A DNA stretch of 64,000 nt from Macrostomum lignano (taxonomy: Eukaryota): contig NIVC01000038.1 of NCBI GenBank assembly GCA_002269645.1, forward strand, positions 124,001 to 188,000, written 5' to 3'. The translations under genes were made by a program, and so were the position numbers. This document shows positions 11,416 to 23,500 of the stretch, one piece after another; position 1 is the stretch's first letter, and every line of letters begins with the position of its first letter. The notes under the pieces were generated by a model, which saw nothing but the letters and a program-made list of their open reading frames with translations, had not been told where the DNA came from and did no database searches.

Positions 11416-11457
11416 CCACGGTGCTGTTGTGGCCGCCTACGTCCGTTGACGTAGCGG

Positions 11458-11600
11458 GCTGCTGGTGCTGCAGTCTACCTACCGGCAAGAGGACATCGCG
11501 CTCTCGGCGTTCCGTCGACTGTCTGTTGGCTGACGGCGCCCCTTATTTGGTCGGTGGCGCAGCTTTTGTTTGCGACCTGACCCAGAAGTGTGCTATGTGA
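11458..11600 (+). mobile_element. 3' continuation of the RTE-like remnant split by the Ingi-like insertion
   Basis: After removing the insertion and one TSD the sequence reads on as ...LPTGKRTSRSRRSVDCLLADGAPYLVGGAAFVCDLTQKCAM*, resembling an RTE-type C-terminus. Confidence 0.6.
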
Positions 11601-12721
11601 CGTTCCTTTTTTAAAGACTGCTTTGTTGTTGTTGTACAAGCTAGTGCTTTTTGATACTTCCTAATTAGAAGCAGTTAAATGTATGCTTTAGACATTCAAC
11701 GTTTTATTTTACCGTTTGTTTCAATTACAGTGTTACATCGTTTCCCGATTCCGCTCATTTTCGTCCCGTAGCTACCCTTCAGCACGATCTTTTCCAGGTC
11801 TCTAATGCGATTAAAAGGCCTGATATAATTGTTATTACAGTTTTAACAGCAATTGTTTTGAGAATGGCCGTTGGGTTCATTAAATGAATATGAAGGCAAA
11901 CTTCCTTTATAATGGGTAGCATGTAAATTGCATGGCTTAAGCGAATTAATACAAGCATTCAAGCAAAAATCATCTAATCTCTGCCTGTGCTTAGCAAATA
12001 TTTCTGTTCTAAAAATAGCATAATTGACACAGAATTGTTTTTTTCAGTTCAAAACAGGAAGGCTCGGTGTCTAAGACTTAGTATATAAACACATACAGTC
12101 GCATGCTTCTCAATGCATGCGTTCATATCTCTCACTGCTGCATTGCAGAATAATAAGGCCATTATATTTACGAAATGGAAGCTTTTAAGAGAAAAATATT
12201 TTCTGACAAGCATTGCAGAAACGCTTATTACTTATCCTGTTTTTCGCAGATTTTTTGTTTAAATATGAGTTCTTTAAAGTTTTTTACGCATCCATTTCTA
12301 GTAAATATCGCATCAGGCTAGCTTTAAAATTTATGCCAAAATTAAACTATTTAGTGCTGTGTATTTATTTGAAAATGTAAAAGTATACTAACACAATAGA
12401 AACCGCATTGGAACAGATACATGAAAATGTGGAGGAGGGAGGGGAAAGCAAGCAAGAAGGCAATATCAACGGAAACCCCTTTCTTCAGGTAATCTCGATT
12501 TGGCTTTTAAAATAGAAAAACATGGGCAGCGTTTAATGGGGCCTTGGTCGGCGAATGCTGTGCAGCAGGGCCGTCACCTGCTCTGCCCTGACAACGAAAT
12601 GGCGCCTGTCCCTGCCTGTCTACTCTATCAGGATGCTGATCGCTTTGCGCAGAAACGCCACTAAGGTCTTGATGCCTCCGTGCTGGCGGTAGACGATACA
12701 CGATTCACGACCAGAAGCAGC

Positions 12722-13020
12722 ATGGGATAGGTTGGGGGATTGGTTGGGGATGGATTGGGGATGGGTTGGGGATGGGTTGGGGGATTGGTTGATGATGGAT
12801 TGGGGATGGGTTGGGGATGGGTTGGGGGATTGGTTGGGGATGGGTTGGGGATGGGTTGGGGATGGGTTGGGGGATGGGTTGGGGGATGGGTTGGGGATGG
12901 GTTGGGGAATGTGTTAGGGATGGGTTAGGGATGCGTTGGGGGATGGGTTGGGGATGGGTTGGGGATGGGTTGGGGAATGTGTTAGGGATGGGTTAGGGAT
13001 GCGTTGGGGATGGGTTGGGG
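12722..13020 (+). repeat. G-rich ~11-bp minisatellite (GGGATGGGTTG)n
   Basis: Visible tandem repeat. Confidence 0.95.
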
Positions 13021-14184
13021 AACGCAGCCGTACGATCGAGGATTTTCTATTAAACACGTCATGTGGGGGCGCGATCGTGGGGCGCCACTCCAGTCCATTC
13101 CAGAGGAGCTCTTACGAAATATCCTGGTTACGCACCAGTTATGTATTTTGATTGTTTTAGTCGGGAATCAAAGCTCGAACGCAGACCGATCTGCAACGCC
13201 TGAATAAGCAAAGTTTAGAGCATAGTCTCAACCCTCTGCCCTGAAACAGCCAGTGCATCAAATGCTGTTTTGAGTCTCCGCAGACTATAGCTGCCCAGGC
13301 ACACAGTTTTGCAACCATTTCATTTCATGCTTAATTCTTCTGCTCAGACTTAGCGAAAAACAATAACAGGGTAGAAATGAGCAGTCCGATTAACAACACT
13401 CAGTGCATACGAAGTTCCCCAGTTTCTGTATTCTTAATAATTAAAGCATAAGTTGGATAACTGTGTCGCAGACAGCAATGTAAATGCATGGCTATTTATT
13501 TACTATAAATAGAAGCATCAGCATCTGCGATGCTGTGCTTTGCATTTTACCTCTCTATTGTTCTACATAACCAGTTCGAGCTGTGCACTGCAAAACCCCT
13601 GGTTATATATTATATATCGCGTTGAGCGCTGTAACAGAAGCAGTCTACCTTTACAAAATATCTGCATACAGACTATAAGTGCTTCATCGCGAACCATATC
13701 GAAATATTTACAGATTTTCAGGAATTGACGTTACTGTGTGTAAGTTCCATATGTGATTCTAAAAAATGCTTGCATTGCTCAGCGCACCCTATGGCTGCAT
13801 AGTGTTGAGAGCATGACTCTCGTTAAACTTGTTACGAATAGTTTTGTCGCTATTTTCCATCGAACCTCAAAATTTTGAAATAATTCAAGTCTGTATAGAT
13901 TATCTCTATAGACGTGTAAAACAACAAGAATGGTTTACGTTAAAATTCATAATGCAGATTACAAAATCAGACTGGCTGTAATTCACAGATCGCCTTGTGA
14001 TGCTTCAACACATTTTAATCACAGTGCCTTGAAATCCAAGAGACAGCTCACGCAGCTAGAATCTCGACACTCCTAGAACTTTGACATCTCAGCACTTGAA
14101 CCATTTACGACTTCTTGATGCCCAGAACGCGTGCAACAGTTCTAAATGCACCGACTGCTTTGGGTCTTTTCACATTAGGCAGAG

Positions 14185-16255
14185 TGATGTAACCACGCTC
14201 TGGTCGCGGGATCTGGTGGGGGAAATTTTCGGAATCTCCCAGATCTCCTTTGACCCACCGGGCAGAGCTGTAGAGACTGGGCCGGGTCCTTGACCAGGCC
14301 AACTGACTCCCGCTCTGTTGCATCCCCCTGCCGGCTCAGTTCCGTCTCCCACTCAGCCACACGTGCCTTTCCGGAGCCCCTTTTTGTGCACCTCGTTTGC
14401 CTTCCCCATTTTTCACGCGCCCCACCCCATGTATCATGTACTTCTCATGTTTCTCATGTTTCTCATCAGGTTTTAGCCCGTTTTTCTTGCGCTGTCCCGT
14501 TCTCATCCCGTGCTTATACTTACAGTATTGCCTGTGCTCACCATCGCCCCATCTCCTTTCATCACCCCCTCTTGCGCAACCTTTTCCTAATGCCATTGTT
14601 CTCTTCTCAAGATTTCTCATGTGACACCCACCCCTCCTTCGCTCCTATTGTTCTTGTTTCTGATTCTTTTGTTATCAATAACCTAGATATTACCTAATTA
14701 TCACTTTTTCCCAGATTTTCCCAGATTTTCTCGTTCTATTGTTCTCCTTTTCGCGTCCAATTAGCGCCTTTTCTCCAATGTTTACTTTTCTATTGTTCTC
14801 GGTTCTCCCCAATTATCCCCGATTTCCATTTACTTTGTTCTCGTTCCGGATCTCATTGTTCTCAATATTTGCTTGCGCAACACTTCCTCGACCCCTCCTC
14901 CCGATTGCGCAATTCTCTCATTTCTCATGTTGCTATGCCGTTCTCATGCTTCTCATCATGACTCATTCTGACGTCATTTCTCCGGCAGCCAATCAGAGAG
15001 AGGGAGTCATGGAAACGACCTTGGAGCGGCGGCCGTGAGGACAATTTAATGAAGCGATTTTCGGCGTGAGAACCTTCAACTGTTTTCCTGCTCGTCCTAT
15101 CTTTGGACTTGCCGTCAGACGCCCGTCTGACCCCCCATTCGTCTATATATGGCGAACCTCTGCTGGCCCGCGGTCTGATACCGCCCAGCATCCCCAGCAT
15201 CGCCTGAGCTACATCAGCGCCTCGTCGCTTCAGCGCATCGCCGCTTCACTACCTGCCTGTCCGCAGTCTACAGCCGCCCCAGGTCACTCCATCGCTCTCT
15301 CTCTCTGTGCAGCTGCCGGTGAGTTCCTGAACTAATTTGTACTCTAATTGCCTTTGCTTATCCGGGGTTTGCTTATTTCCATTGCTTGACTAGAGAACTG
15401 AGCCAATTGTGTACCGTACTTTGCTGTATTTTACTCAATAGTGAAGCCGCCTAATTGCCTGATTATTTCGCCTAAGGGCCTAATTATTAACGACTTATTA
15501 ACGACGAATTATTAAAGCCATCATTTCACTCATGGCTTGCTGAGCCTTTCTCCTTGGGTGGCAAAGCATAAGGAAGTTTGGGTAAGCTAATGGCCTCTCC
15601 CCGTGCAAAGCCCGCCCGCCTGTGTGTGCGTGCTGCGGGTCCGTGTCTGCGTGCAGTAGAGGGAATTAGCGGGTCTTGGCACAGAATGGCAGCAGGAAGG
15701 TTGCAACCCTGCTTACGCGTCCCTTCGCCCTGAGCAATCTAAACTATATCTAGTACATGTTCACCTCACACTACTCTTAGTAATTGACGCCGCAAGTCCG
15801 CCTCATTCACAAAGGATCCACTGCTGAGAAATCCTCCAGATTGATCCCAGAGTTCCCGAATATGCCCCAAGCAGGGTGAGTCCTTGTACTCGGCTGCATG
15901 CGTCTCCCCTGTTAGCCTAAATCCCCTCGTAACCAATCCAGGCGGGGCTCTAGCCTCGAAAGGTCTGGTCGTAAGATCCAGGTGCGCCAGGTCACATAGA
16001 TTGGTGGCAGCCACTCGGTCATACTATGACCGAGTGACCAATTATTGCACCTTGGCTACAGGAGGGGTCCATGTGGGTCCTTGGCCCTCTGGTCACGAAA
16101 GCGCTACCAAAACTATCAATCATGTGGGCAGGACAGTCTGGTGCTGGAGGTCCGTCAGGTCATTGTCCGGTCATAGGCAGCCTATGGTCATTGCCCCATA
16201 TGGTCATACGCTCTCCTCCCCGCGGAGCAGACGGTCATCAAGAGCGGTTATATCA
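14185..16255. mobile_element. Solo-LTR-like element 1 (2071 bp; TGATGTAACC...GGTTATATCA; 4-bp TSD AGAG/AGAA)
   Basis: TG...CA ends with 10-bp inverted repeat (1 mismatch); homologous along its length to 22705-24908; paralogous empty sites near 35670 and 47050; no coding capacity seen. Confidence 0.75.
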
Positions 16256-16766
16256 AGAAGATGTCGACGGTGTGCCGCAAAAGTACCTATTTCCCGAAAT
16301 TCGGATTGCTGTGTAGGAACCGTATCACTTTCGCAATTGAACTATCTCCAACTATAAAAAATTAAAACTGTCTGTCCGTCTGTCTGTTTGTGTGTGTACA
16401 ATTTTGATCGCTATTGAATCCCAAACTGCTCAACGTTTGGGACTACAAACAATCTTCAACTATTTTGACGGAATCGTGTCAAAATAATTTCAAGATAATT
16501 TCAAGTCTCAGAGTTAATCCTGAACAGCGCTGTGCACTTTTAAAGTTAGGCTGCTCTTTTTCAGCTTTTTTCAGCGCTATCTAAGTGTAAAGATTCAACT
16601 CTGTAACTCAATCAGAACAGAAGCTGTAAGCATGTGAAGTTTGTCTGCTTTATTGTTGTTTGTGCCACTCACTCAGTTACTCATTCCCCCCAGAGCAAGA
16701 CAAAGGTCAGGCGATAGAGCTGAATGTACATGGCAATGTACAGTGTTTTGGAATAGATTTATTTAC

Positions 16767-16920
16767 ACCAGGGGCGCCAGCACCAGGGGCGCCAGCACCA
16801 GGGGCGCCAGCACCAGGGGCGCCAGAACCAGGGGCGCCAGCACCAGGGGCGCCAGCACCAGGGGCGCCAGCACCAGGGGCGCCAGCACCAGGGGCGCCAG
16901 CACCAGGGGCGCCAGCACCC
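16767..16920 (+). repeat. 15-bp minisatellite (CCAGGGGCGCCAGCA)n, ~10 units
   Basis: Visible tandem repeat. Confidence 0.95.
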
Positions 16921-17006
16921 AGCTCAAAGTTCAAAATTGTCTAAAAATGATCGAACTTATAATTGGAAAGTGACAGTTCGAAACCGCCGGGCCGGTTTTA
17001 AATAGC

Positions 17007-17280
17007 GAAATTCAATGCTTTTTCAGTGTGCATTTTTCCGTAGTCACAAAATAATTCAATGCTTTTTCAGTGTGCATTTTTCAGTAGTCACAAATAATTC
17101 AATGCTTTTTCAGTGTGCATTTTTCAGTAGTCACCAAACAATTCAATGCTTTTTCAGTGTGCATTTTTCAGTAGTCACAAATAATTCAATGCTTTTTCAG
17201 TGTGCATTTTTCAGTAGTCACAAATAATTTAATGCTTTTTCAGTGTGCATTTTTCAGTAGTCACAAAATAATTCAATGCA
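17007..17280 (+). repeat. ~41-44-bp tandem repeat (AATTCAATGCTTTTTCAGTGTGCATTTTTCAGTAGTCACAAAT), ~6 units
   Basis: Visible tandem repeat; a single related unit lies near 49660-49720. Confidence 0.9.
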
Positions 17281-17559
17281 TTTTAGCGTCAAAAAAGTTG
17301 TGTTTTGCCTGAGCCCGAGCCAGCTGCTTGAAATGAAAATATACCTGCGACTGATTTTAATTACTTATATTTTTTATTAACCAGTATGGCAAATCTGATT
17401 CTTATTACAATACTCATTATCTCATAAGTAGCATATTCAGCACAGCTATGCTAATTTCTTCTATTTCAATTGATTCAAATTTGCTTCAATTTGATTTTCA
17501 GCTGCTCAAAGTTGTGCGAGTTTCAAACTAGATAAGCCTCAGCTCTGAGCTCGTCCGGA

Positions 17560-20500
17560 ATGTCGTCCGAAATTCGACTGCCGACATTAATTCTAGTTCT
17601 GACGCTGGCTTGGCATCGAGCTTCGTGTGCTTCGGTTTCAGAAGACTTATCCGCAGGTGAGTTGGGGTTTTAAGGAAGCTTAAATGACTGTTAATAACTT
17701 TTCCACTGATTTTCAATATGAAGGTTTTGACGAGGACGCCAACGAATTGGCGCGGACGAGGCGAGCCGCCTGCAGCGAGGGCGACTGCAAGAATGGCGGC
17801 ATTTGCTGGCCGGGTGCTGTGACGTCAAGCACTCCTCCGTGTCTGTGCACTGACGCGTACACTGGTACTTATTGCACCAATAGAATAAACTTCTGTAATA
17901 CAACTTCTGGCGGCAGCACTTTATCAAGCAGTCCCTGCCAAAACGGAGGCACCTGCAGCAACACAGACGCGAGCCCCTGGTATCACTGCAGCTGCGTTCC
18001 CGGCTACACAGGTGCGTGACCCTTGCTGCAAATTAAAATTTGAAACTCTAAAAAATGTTTTAGAACTACTATTATCCGAAATAATTTTTTTAAATTGTTG
18101 AGTTAGGTTGAACCAGATCAACTCAATTGAAAAGTATATCGGCTGCTTCTATGTGGGATTTTTTTACAGAAAGTTTGTTTTCTGAAAATTTATAAAGAAT
18201 AATATTAATGCTAACAATTGACTTAAAAATCCCGAAATCTTATCTCGATGTCTGTCTAACAAACGAATACTATTATTCCATACAATAAGACACCTAATAA
18301 AACTCGTACAGCCTCTCAGAGATCTCGTCCATCATCTTGTCGTAGGGGTTGTTTATTTATAGCTTTATCCCATCGTTTAGCTACAGAAACTGTTGGAGGT
18401 ATTCACTGCAACCAAAACTGTTACAGGGGTCTTTCACTGTTCACTGGGAATCACCAAAACTGTGCTATGGGTTGGGAAATTAAGTTGGGACTCGGGGATT
18501 CGAGAGGAAATGTTTGGAATAGCCTACTGAAAGGAGTATTCCTGGAGCGTGGGTGTGTCCGAGTGGCAATACACAATTTTCTTCTCAGTCCGGGGAATAT
18601 AGATGGGAGAGGGGAATTAAGGGCTTCGCGATGGATCGGAGTTGCCTGGAAAAGCGCACTAATGGGGGATTTCTAAACACTAATAGGGAATGCTGGCATA
18701 AGTAGACTGACCGCCTAATATAGCATTGTAAGAAGGCAATCCGCCTAATGAATATGGGAGATTTCTACAAAGAAGGGTTTCTCGTTCTCGATTTATTCTC
18801 TTGCTTATATATAAAACATAATCAATATGGCTATAACAAAACATAAAGATTATACTGTAGGCTACTAATCGATACTAAGATTTACTATTAACGGTATAAA
18901 AGATTTATTTATGCAGGCACAGAGATGTTTTTAGCGATTTTGAAAATAGTCGTATTTACTAAGGCGGTATACGTAAAATGATAGGCAAAAATAGTGACTC
19001 TTACAATCTCCAAAATCCCATCTTTAATCTCACAGATCCAATCCATCAATTTCAAAGATCCCATCCATTACCTCACAGATCCCATACATTATCTTACAGA
19101 TCCATCCATCATCTCACAGAACCCATCCATTTTCTCACAGATCCCATCCATCATCTCACAGAACCCATTCATCACCTCACAGATCCCATCCATCATCTCA
19201 CAGAACCCATCCATCATCTCACAGATCCCATCCATCATCTCACAGAACCCATTCATCACCACACAGAACCCATCCATCATCTCACAGAAAACATCCTTCA
19301 TCTCACAGAACCCATCCATCATCTCACAGGTTCCATCCATCATCTCACAGAACCCATCCATCATCTCACAGATCCCATCTATCATGCCGCAGAACCCATC
19401 CATCGTCTCACAGAAAACATCCATAATCTCACAAAACCCATCCATCATCTCACAGAACCCATCCACAACCTCACAGAACCCATCCATCACCATACAGAAC
19501 CCATCAATCATCTTACAGAGCCCATCCATCATCTCACAGATTCCATCCATCATCTCACAGAACCCATCCATCATCTCACAGATCCCATCTATCATGCCGC
19601 AGAACCCATCCATCGTCTCACAGAAAACATCCATCATCTCACAGAACCCATCCATCATCTCACAGATCCCATCCATCATCTCACAGATCTCATCCGTTAC
19701 AGATCCCAACCATCATCTCACAGAACCCATCAATCATCTCACAGATCCCATCCATCATCTCACAGATTCCATTCATCATCTCACAGATTCCATCCATCAT
19801 CTCACAGAACCCATCCATCATCTCACAGATTCCATCCATCATCTCACAGAACCCATCCATCATCTCACAGATTCCATCCATTATCTCACAGATCCCATCC
19901 ACCATCTCACAGATCCCATCCATCATCTCACAGAACCCATCCATCATCTCACAGATTCCATCCATTATCTCACAGATCCCATCTACCATCTTAAAGATCC
20001 CATCCATCATCTCTCAGAACCCATCCATCATCTCACAGAACCCATCCATCATCTCACAGATTCCATCCATTATCTCAAAGATCCCATCTACCATCTTAAA
20101 GATCCCATCCATCATCTTACAGATTCCATTCATCATCTCACAGATCCCATCCATTACCTTACACATCCCATCCATCATCTCACAGAACCCATCCATCATC
20201 TCACAGATCCCATCCATCATCTCACAGATCCCATCCACCATCTCACAGATCCCATCCGTCATCTCGCAGATCCCTTTCATCATCTCACAGATCCCATTCA
20301 TCATCTCACAGATCCCATCCATCATCTCACAGATCCCATCCATCATCTCACAGATCCCATCCACCATCTCACAGATCCCATCCACCATCTCACAGCCCCT
20401 TCAAAACTGATGAGTTATTTTCATTTTCCCTCCTCGTCATCTACATTGGTTTTAAAGTACATTTCGGCAAAGCTACGCGTAAAGCAATTCTCCGCATTGT

Positions 20501-23500
20501 AAAAATAAGAATTGTCAACTCGTCAGTTGGTGTCAGGACACAAGCCAGTCAGGACGGCATTCACACAGAAATGCCTCAGCTGAAGTCTCTGATTATTTTT
20601 CTTTCCTTTCGATTTTGCAATCTGCTGCAGGCACCGACTGCGAGATCAACATTGATGACTGCGCCAGCAAGCCCTGCGCCAACGGCCTGTGCTCAGACTT
20701 GGTGAATGACTACAGCTGCAGCTGCTTCACCGGCTGGGAGGGCAGGAACTGCAACGTCAACCACAACGACTGTCCGACGGGCGCCTGCCTCAATGGCGGC
20801 AGGTGCATTGATGGCAACGGCACGTGAGTTCTCCTTGTTGACTTGACTCAGCTGCTCAGACTTCACAGATTGGATACTGGGGGTTCGGTGCTTGAGGATG
20901 GATTGTGGTACGGATGGTGCTTTGTTTCGCTATATACGAGTGTAGTCAATGATCGACATGACAAGTTCGAGTCTCGAGTGTTTGTACCGTGCTTATAAGA
21001 ATTTTTATTTGCGTTTTTTATTTTTCCGCCATGTTTTTGATTTTCTTTATTATTTACTTGTAAGCATCTTGAACTGACTATGCAAAATATGGTATTGAGC
21101 CTAAATAAATGATTATCTGTTACGGGTGAAAGCATAGGGAAGCCTAATCTCATCAAAAACTGCTGTAAGTTTTCTTAGTACTTGGAGCATATTAAGCGAA
21201 AAATTACTTGAACATGTTCCTCAAACAATTCTGATAGTCCTGCCTGAAAATTTGAGAGCAAACACATATAGGAGACACGTATTGATTTACCCAATGCTGG
21301 TCACACCTTCCGATGGGATTCTTCTTAGTCCGATTACAAATTGAAAACAAACACATTCTGGTAAAATGTCAATAAAAAGCAGTCTTGGCTCTCGTAGCTA
21401 AGAGAAGTTCTCTGCATCAATTTAACTCAAACAAGCCACTTACTTTTTTAGTACGTGAGATTTGAAAAAGAAATTTGTTAAGAAATTCACTAACACTCAT
21501 CAAAAGCCAAACATAGCCGAATGAAATCAACATCGTCATTTCAGATTCAGCTGCGACTGCTCTCGCGTCGACTTCCAAGGCGCCACCTGCAGCTCCAAGA
21601 TCGATGACTGCGCGTCGAGCCCGTGCCAGCACGGCGGCAGGTGCACCGACGGTGTGAGGAGCTTCACCTGCGACTGCACAGACACGGGATTCACAGGTGA
21701 CAGGTGTCAAAACAACATTAATGACTGCGCCAGCAAGCCCTGCATCAACGGCCTGTGCACGGACCTGGTGAAAAACTACAGCTGCAGCTGCTTCACAGGC
21801 TGGGAGGACAGGAACTGCTCAGTGGACACTGACTACTGCCTATCAGGGCCCTGTCAGAACGGCGGCGTCTGCAGTGACGGAAACTCCACGTGAGTGACTC
21901 AAAGCTGATTGAGTCTTTCTTCCTTGGGATAATCTTGCAGTTCTGAATTGTGCTACAGTTTTATCTGCATGGGTGTTTTTAGTTGAGTGCTTGGGGGGTT
22001 TGTTGGGGTTGTGTCGGATTGTAACTTTATTCTATCGTTATAAAGGATGTTGGGTGTTTGAGGATGGGTTGTGGTTGAGTGCTTGGGTTGGGTTGTGGTT
22101 GGGTGCTTGGGTTGGGTTGTGGTTGAGTGTTTGGGTTGGGTTGTGGTTGGGTTGTGGCTGAGTGCTTGGGTTGGGTTGTGGTTGAGTGCGTGGGTTGGGT
22201 TGTGGTTGAGTGTTTGGGTTGGGTTGTGGTTGAGTGTTTGGGTTGGGTTGTGGTTGAGTGTTTGGGTTGGGTTGTGGTTGGGATGGTGCTTTGTTTCGCT
22301 ATATACGAGTGTAGTCAATGATCGACATGACAAGTTCGAGTCTCGAGTGTTTGTACCATGTTTATAAGAATTTTTATTTGCGTTTTTTAGTTTTCCGCCA
22401 TGTTTTTGATTTTCTTTATTATTTACTTGTAAGCATCTTGAACTGACTATGCAAAATATGGTATTGAGCCTAAATAAATGATTATCTGTTACGGGTGAAA
22501 GCATAGGGAAGCCTAATCTCCTCAAAAACTGCTGTAAGTTTTCTTAGTACTTGGAGCATATTAACCGAAAAATTACTTGAACATGTTTCTCAAACAATTC
22601 TGATAGTCCTGCCTGAAAATTTGAGAGCAAAACACATACAGGAGACACGTATTGATTTACCCAATGCTGGTCACACCTTCCGACGGGATTCTTCTTAGTC
22701 CGATTGATGTAACCACGCTCTGGTCGCGGGATAGGGCATGGGAACTTTTTCGAAAGTGCCTCCTATCCCGTGCACCCTCTGCACAGAGCTGTCGAGACTC
22801 GGCCAGGTCTCCGCCCAGGCCTGGAGACTCCCGCTCTGCTGCACCCTCCTACTGCCTTGGTTCCGTCTCCCCTGCCGCCACACCTGCCTTTCCGGAACTC
22901 CCTGTCCCTCTCTGTACCCTCCCCTCTACCTTATCTCCCCTGCACTCCACCCTATTCTTCTTGTACTTTCCCTTTCCCCCCTCTTTTTGTCTGTCTCTGC
23001 ACTCTTTTCCTGCGCTGTCCCCTCCTTCTCTGTGTCAACTTACAGTATTTGGTGTGCTCACCGTCTCCCCATCCCCTCCCAAACTCCCAAACGGTGACGC
23101 AAGTCGTGTGACCCCTTCTTCCCCCCGATGACTCATCGATGACTCATCCCCCTCTCCTGCGCAACCTTTTCTCATGCCATTGTTCTTCTCCCCAAATTTC
23201 TCATGCGACACCCACCCCACCTCCGCTTCTATTGTTCTCGTTTTTGATTCTTTTGTTCTCTCGACCCCCACCAATTATCACATTTTCTCCGATTTTCTCT
23301 TTCTTTTGTTCTCGTTTTCGCACCTAATTATCACCTTTTCTCCAATGTTTACTTTTCCATTGTTCTCAGTTTTCCCCAATTATCCCCGATTTCCAATTCC
23401 TTTGTTCTCGACCCCAGCCCTATTGTTCTCAATGTTTGCTTGCGCAACACTTTCGCGACCACCCGCTGCGCCAATTATCCCCCCACCCCACCTCCGGATT

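Larger units (their letters stand above)
6406..11457 (-). mobile_element. Full-length, decayed Ingi-like (I-group) non-LTR retrotransposon, 5052 bp, (CAA)n 3' tail, 13-bp TSD GCTGCTGGTGCTG (6393-6405 and 11458-11470)
   Basis: 2A-like DIELNPGP, 3 PHD-like Cys/His fingers, APE (ILQWNADG, IQESKL, LLAGDFNAH, LGSDHLPI), RT (FRPVSLTS, QQAGFR, FLDFSKAYD, GLPQGSV, SADDIAL, FLGV), RNase H (LYTDGS, SDSRALL, LQWIPAHCGIPGNEMADAAAK), CCHC-like CPRCEEGPEDLEHWLGC; exact flanking direct repeat. Confidence 0.92.

Noticed and set aside
18978-20502. 338-aa and 502-aa ORFs as real proteins
   Set aside because: Produced by a 21-bp intronic repeat that lacks stops; no independent coding signal
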